A DNA stretch of 64,000 bases, from positions 13,640,001 through 13,704,000 of the forward strand of contig JBHGNT010000004.1 in NCBI GenBank assembly GCA_043228905.1, read 5' to 3'. Positions within the stretch are counted from its first letter, which is position 1. The number at the start of each line of letters is the position of its first letter. The translations under genes were made by a program, and so were the position numbers. Positions 63,361 to 64,000 of this stretch are shown here, piece by piece. Source of the stretch: Azolla caroliniana (taxonomy: Eukaryota > Plantae > Polypodiophyta). Under the pieces are notes generated by a model, which was not told the DNA's origin, did not search any database, and worked only from the letters and a program-made list of their open reading frames with translations.

Positions 63361-63639
63361 TACAGAGATTATGTCTCTATTGTAACCGTCATGAGGCGAA
63401 GATTGTGAGCAAGAGGTCGTTGCCTCTGTGCTCCCTATTGTATTACTTTACATAGTGATAGTTTGGAGTCTGTGGACTCCCGTGGTTTTTCCCTCTCAGG
63501 GTTTTCCACGTTAATATCCTGTGTATCCTCTTTTGATTGTTCGTGCACTTACCTCCATTCCCATTTCTTCTGTGTTCGATTGTATAAAGTGATTTACCCT
63601 TCGGTTGTTGCCGGAGATTATTCGGCGTATTCCTCGACA

Positions 63640-64000
63640 GGATTGAACAACGCATAGAAGTGGTCGGCGCATCAAGACAATGTTTTGCATGCAAAAAGCT
63701 TGGTCATTTAAAAAAGAACTGCCTCACGAGACGCATTAAGGATCCCACCATGGAGACCTTGAAAGGTCGGGACAACATAGGATATCAGAAACCTCCCCCA
63801 CCACGCCTTGATAAGGTTGTGATGGAATGGTGAGTGGTGGGGAAATCCCATGTCCTACGTCAAACTCCACAGTCACAAAATCCTCCATTGCCAGTGAGCC
63901 CCAATCATTTTGATCTACTACAAGAGCTCCCCCCCACAAATGAGCACACCCCTAGTGCTTTCTTAAGCCCCAAGGAAAGACCCAAGGTGACTCCAAACAC
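63640..64000 (+). pseudogene. LINE ORF1 continuation with CCHC zinc knuckle
   Basis: IEQRIEVVGASRQCFACKKLGHLKKNCLTRR follows the H 3' LTR directly. Confidence 0.62.

Larger units (their letters stand above)
39661..63639 (+). mobile_element. Ty1/copia H (LTRs 39661-40263 and 62939-63639), host of E and G
   Basis: Matching LTRs TGTTAGGAAA...CCTCGACA. tRNA-iMet PBS TGGTATCAGAGC at 40267-40278. Pol is split into 40295-43786, 49090-49265 and 62575-62928. Confidence 0.92.

Overview
Land-plant nuclear DNA, probably a non-seed plant such as a fern (inferred from the retroelement lineages and the host protein). There is one intact host gene: a 13-exon PELP1/RIX1 ribosome-biogenesis gene on the minus strand (24127-32816, 965 aa by my splice model). 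It sits between two nests of LTR retrotransposons. Left nest: copia A contains a deleted Tcn1-like chromovirus and copia B, and B contains gypsy C. Right nest: a LINE ORF1 is split by chromovirus D and copia H; H contains copia E and gypsy G; G contains copia F. Most junctions are resolved to the base by target-site duplications. The most unusual region is 15.5-21.4 kb. It holds a decayed, intron-containing gene for a ParB-like domain fused to a bacterial-type beta-class N6-adenine/N4-cytosine DNA methyltransferase, head-to-head with what looks like the N-terminus of a DDE (Sola/DUF7869-like) transposase, i.e. a candidate methyltransferase-carrying DNA transposon. Gypsy families C and G share an antisense tRNA-like Pol III A/B-box cassette in their LTRs, a tRNA-Trp PBS, CpG-centred 4-bp TSDs and a -1 frameshift signal with a pseudoknot. 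The Tcn1-like element shows an 11-nt self-priming PBS. All family assignments come from motif recognition by eye; no database searches were run.
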